Shown here piece after piece: positions 62,768 to 64,000 of a stretch of 64,000 nucleotides of DNA; within the stretch, counting starts at the first letter, position 1; every line of letters starts with the position of its first letter. The DNA comes from an uncultured Chthonomonadaceae bacterium. Lineage in GTDB: Bacteria > Armatimonadota > Chthonomonadetes > Chthonomonadales > Chthonomonadaceae. Below the pieces are notes generated by a model that was given only the letters and a program-made list of their open reading frames with translations, searched no databases and was not told where the DNA came from. The stretch lies in assembly GCA_963817895.1 (NCBI GenBank), contig CAWFQB010000001.1, positions 416,001-480,000 on the forward strand. The letters are read 5' to 3'. Position numbers and translations under genes: made by a program.

Positions 62768-64000
62768 ATGATAACGACTACTGATAACAATCCAGAGCGC
62801 GTTCCAACCGGTGTGCCGGGGCTGGACGCTATTTTGCATGGCGGCTTCCTCCGCAACGGCTTTTACCTGCTGCAAGGCGATCCCGGTTCCGGCAAAACTA
62901 CGATGGCAATTCAGTTCATGCTGGAATGCGTGGGGCGCGGGGAACGCTGCCTGTATATCAACCTGTCGGAAACGGAAGAGGACATGCGCAACGTCGCGCG
63001 TTCGCACGGCTGGAATCTGGAAGGCATCGAAATATGCGATCTGTCTTTGACGGAACAGCATCTCAGCGCGGACGCGCAGTACACGATTTTCCATCCGTCC
63101 GAAGTGGAACTTGGCGAAACCACACAAAGCCTGCTGGCTGAAGTGGAGCGAGTGAAGCCTAAGTTCGTCGTGTTTGACGGGCTTTCCGAGGTTCGCCTGC
63201 TATCCCGCGACCCTCTGCAATATCGCCGCCAGCTTCTGGCCCTGAAGCAGTATTTTGCCGCGCAGCAGATTACAGCCCTGCTGCTGGATGACCGCACCAA
63301 TCCCTCCGGGGAGATCGCGCCGGAAAGCTTGGTCGGCGGCAACATTCTGCTGGAACAACATTCCCCGGAATACGGCGCGGCGCGGCGTCGCCTGCGCGTA
63401 ACCAAAACGCGCGGCTCCGATTTTCACAGCGGCTTTCACGATTACGATATTCAGCAGGGCGGGGCAGTGGTTTATCCGCGCCTCGTGCTTATGTCCTCTG
63501 TAGCCAGTTTTGAAACGGGAGCCATCAAAAGTGAAGTAGAAGACCTTGATAAAATGTTGGGCGTCGGGCTTGAGCGTGGCACGACCACTGTTTTTCTGGG
63601 GCCGGCGGGCGTTGGCAAGTCCACCATTGCCATGCAGTTCGCGGTTGCCGCCCTGCGGCAGGGGCAGCGGGCCGCCATTTATACCTTTGACGAAGTGCTG
63701 CACACCCTGTTTCAGCGCGCCGAAAAACTCAGTCAGATTAACTTCGCCGAGTACATGGCGCAGGACTTGCTGCACGTTCAGCAGGTGGACCCCGCGGAAC
63801 TCTCTCCAGGCGCGTTTGCCCGCGAAGTGCATCGGGTTGTGGATGAACTCGGGGTGAAACTGCTTGTGATTGACAGCCTGAACGGGTACATGAACGCTAT
63901 GCCCGGCGAACGCTTTCTGCTGATGCACCTGCACGAACTGTTCGCCTATCTCAACCAGAAGGGCGTCGTTACCATTGTGATTGTGGCGCAGCATGGACTG
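62768..64000 (+). CDS. KaiC-like double-domain RecA-fold ATPase (runs off the right edge; absent from the ORF track)
   Basis: Own translation: RVPTGVPGLDAILHGG...QGDPGSGKT, second Walker A GPAGVGKS, VIDSLNGY. Confidence 0.92.
   Translation, partial: MITTTDNNPERVPTGVPGLDAILHGGFLRNGFYLLQGDPGSGKTTMAIQFMLECVGRGERCLYINLSETEEDMRNVARSHGWNLEGIEICDLSLTEQHLSADAQYTIFHPSEVELGETTQSLLAEVERVKPKFVVFDGLSEVRLLSRDPLQYRRQLLALKQYFAAQQITALLLDDRTNPSGEIAPESLVGGNILLEQHSPEYGAARRRLRVTKTRGSDFHSGFHDYDIQQGGAVVYPRLVLMSSVASFETGAIKSEVEDLDKMLGVGLERGTTTVFLGPAGVGKSTIAMQFAVAALRQGQRAAIYTFDEVLHTLFQRAEKLSQINFAEYMAQDLLHVQQVDPAELSPGAFAREVHRVVDELGVKLLVIDSLNGYMNAMPGERFLLMHLHELFAYLNQKGVVTIVIVAQHGL

Noticed and set aside
62768..64000. 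Circadian clock kaiC
   Set aside because: No kaiA/kaiB visible and the gene is incomplete; only the KaiC-like family can be supported.

Overview
GC-rich bacterial chromosomal window; gene content (PEP-CTERM, CFI-box-CTERM, Sel1 arrays, Gly-rich exported proteins) is compatible with an Armatimonadota-like organism, which is an inference only. Many genes, including housekeeping gltB, carry single-base frameshifts, so most breaks are probably assembly indel errors rather than pseudogenisation. Housekeeping and envelope genes alternate with accessory blocks: a lower-GC block (PEP-CTERM gene, two paralogous secreted GHSRG hydrolases, TA remnants) bounded by a duplicated gltB promoter/leader; a GNAT toxin-antitoxin pair; a Type I RM locus with a REP-flanked DUF559 nuclease cassette between hsdM and hsdS; and an N6-MTase + HNH cassette bounded by a duplicated MFS 3' end. 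The standout is a tightly coupled minus-strand operon (50673->38260): Zn-ribbon/Hsp70-actin-like ATPase, membrane-anchored VWA-like protein, ~1090-aa tubulin/FtsZ-like GTPase, MotA/ZorA-like protein with a ~570-aa helical tail, and MotB/ZorB-like protein. This looks like a Zorya-type ion motor joined to a tubulin-like module without zorC/D/E. The operon has been hit by a passenger-carrying IS1595 element and by a 123-bp MITE. No rRNA, tRNA or CRISPR array was seen.
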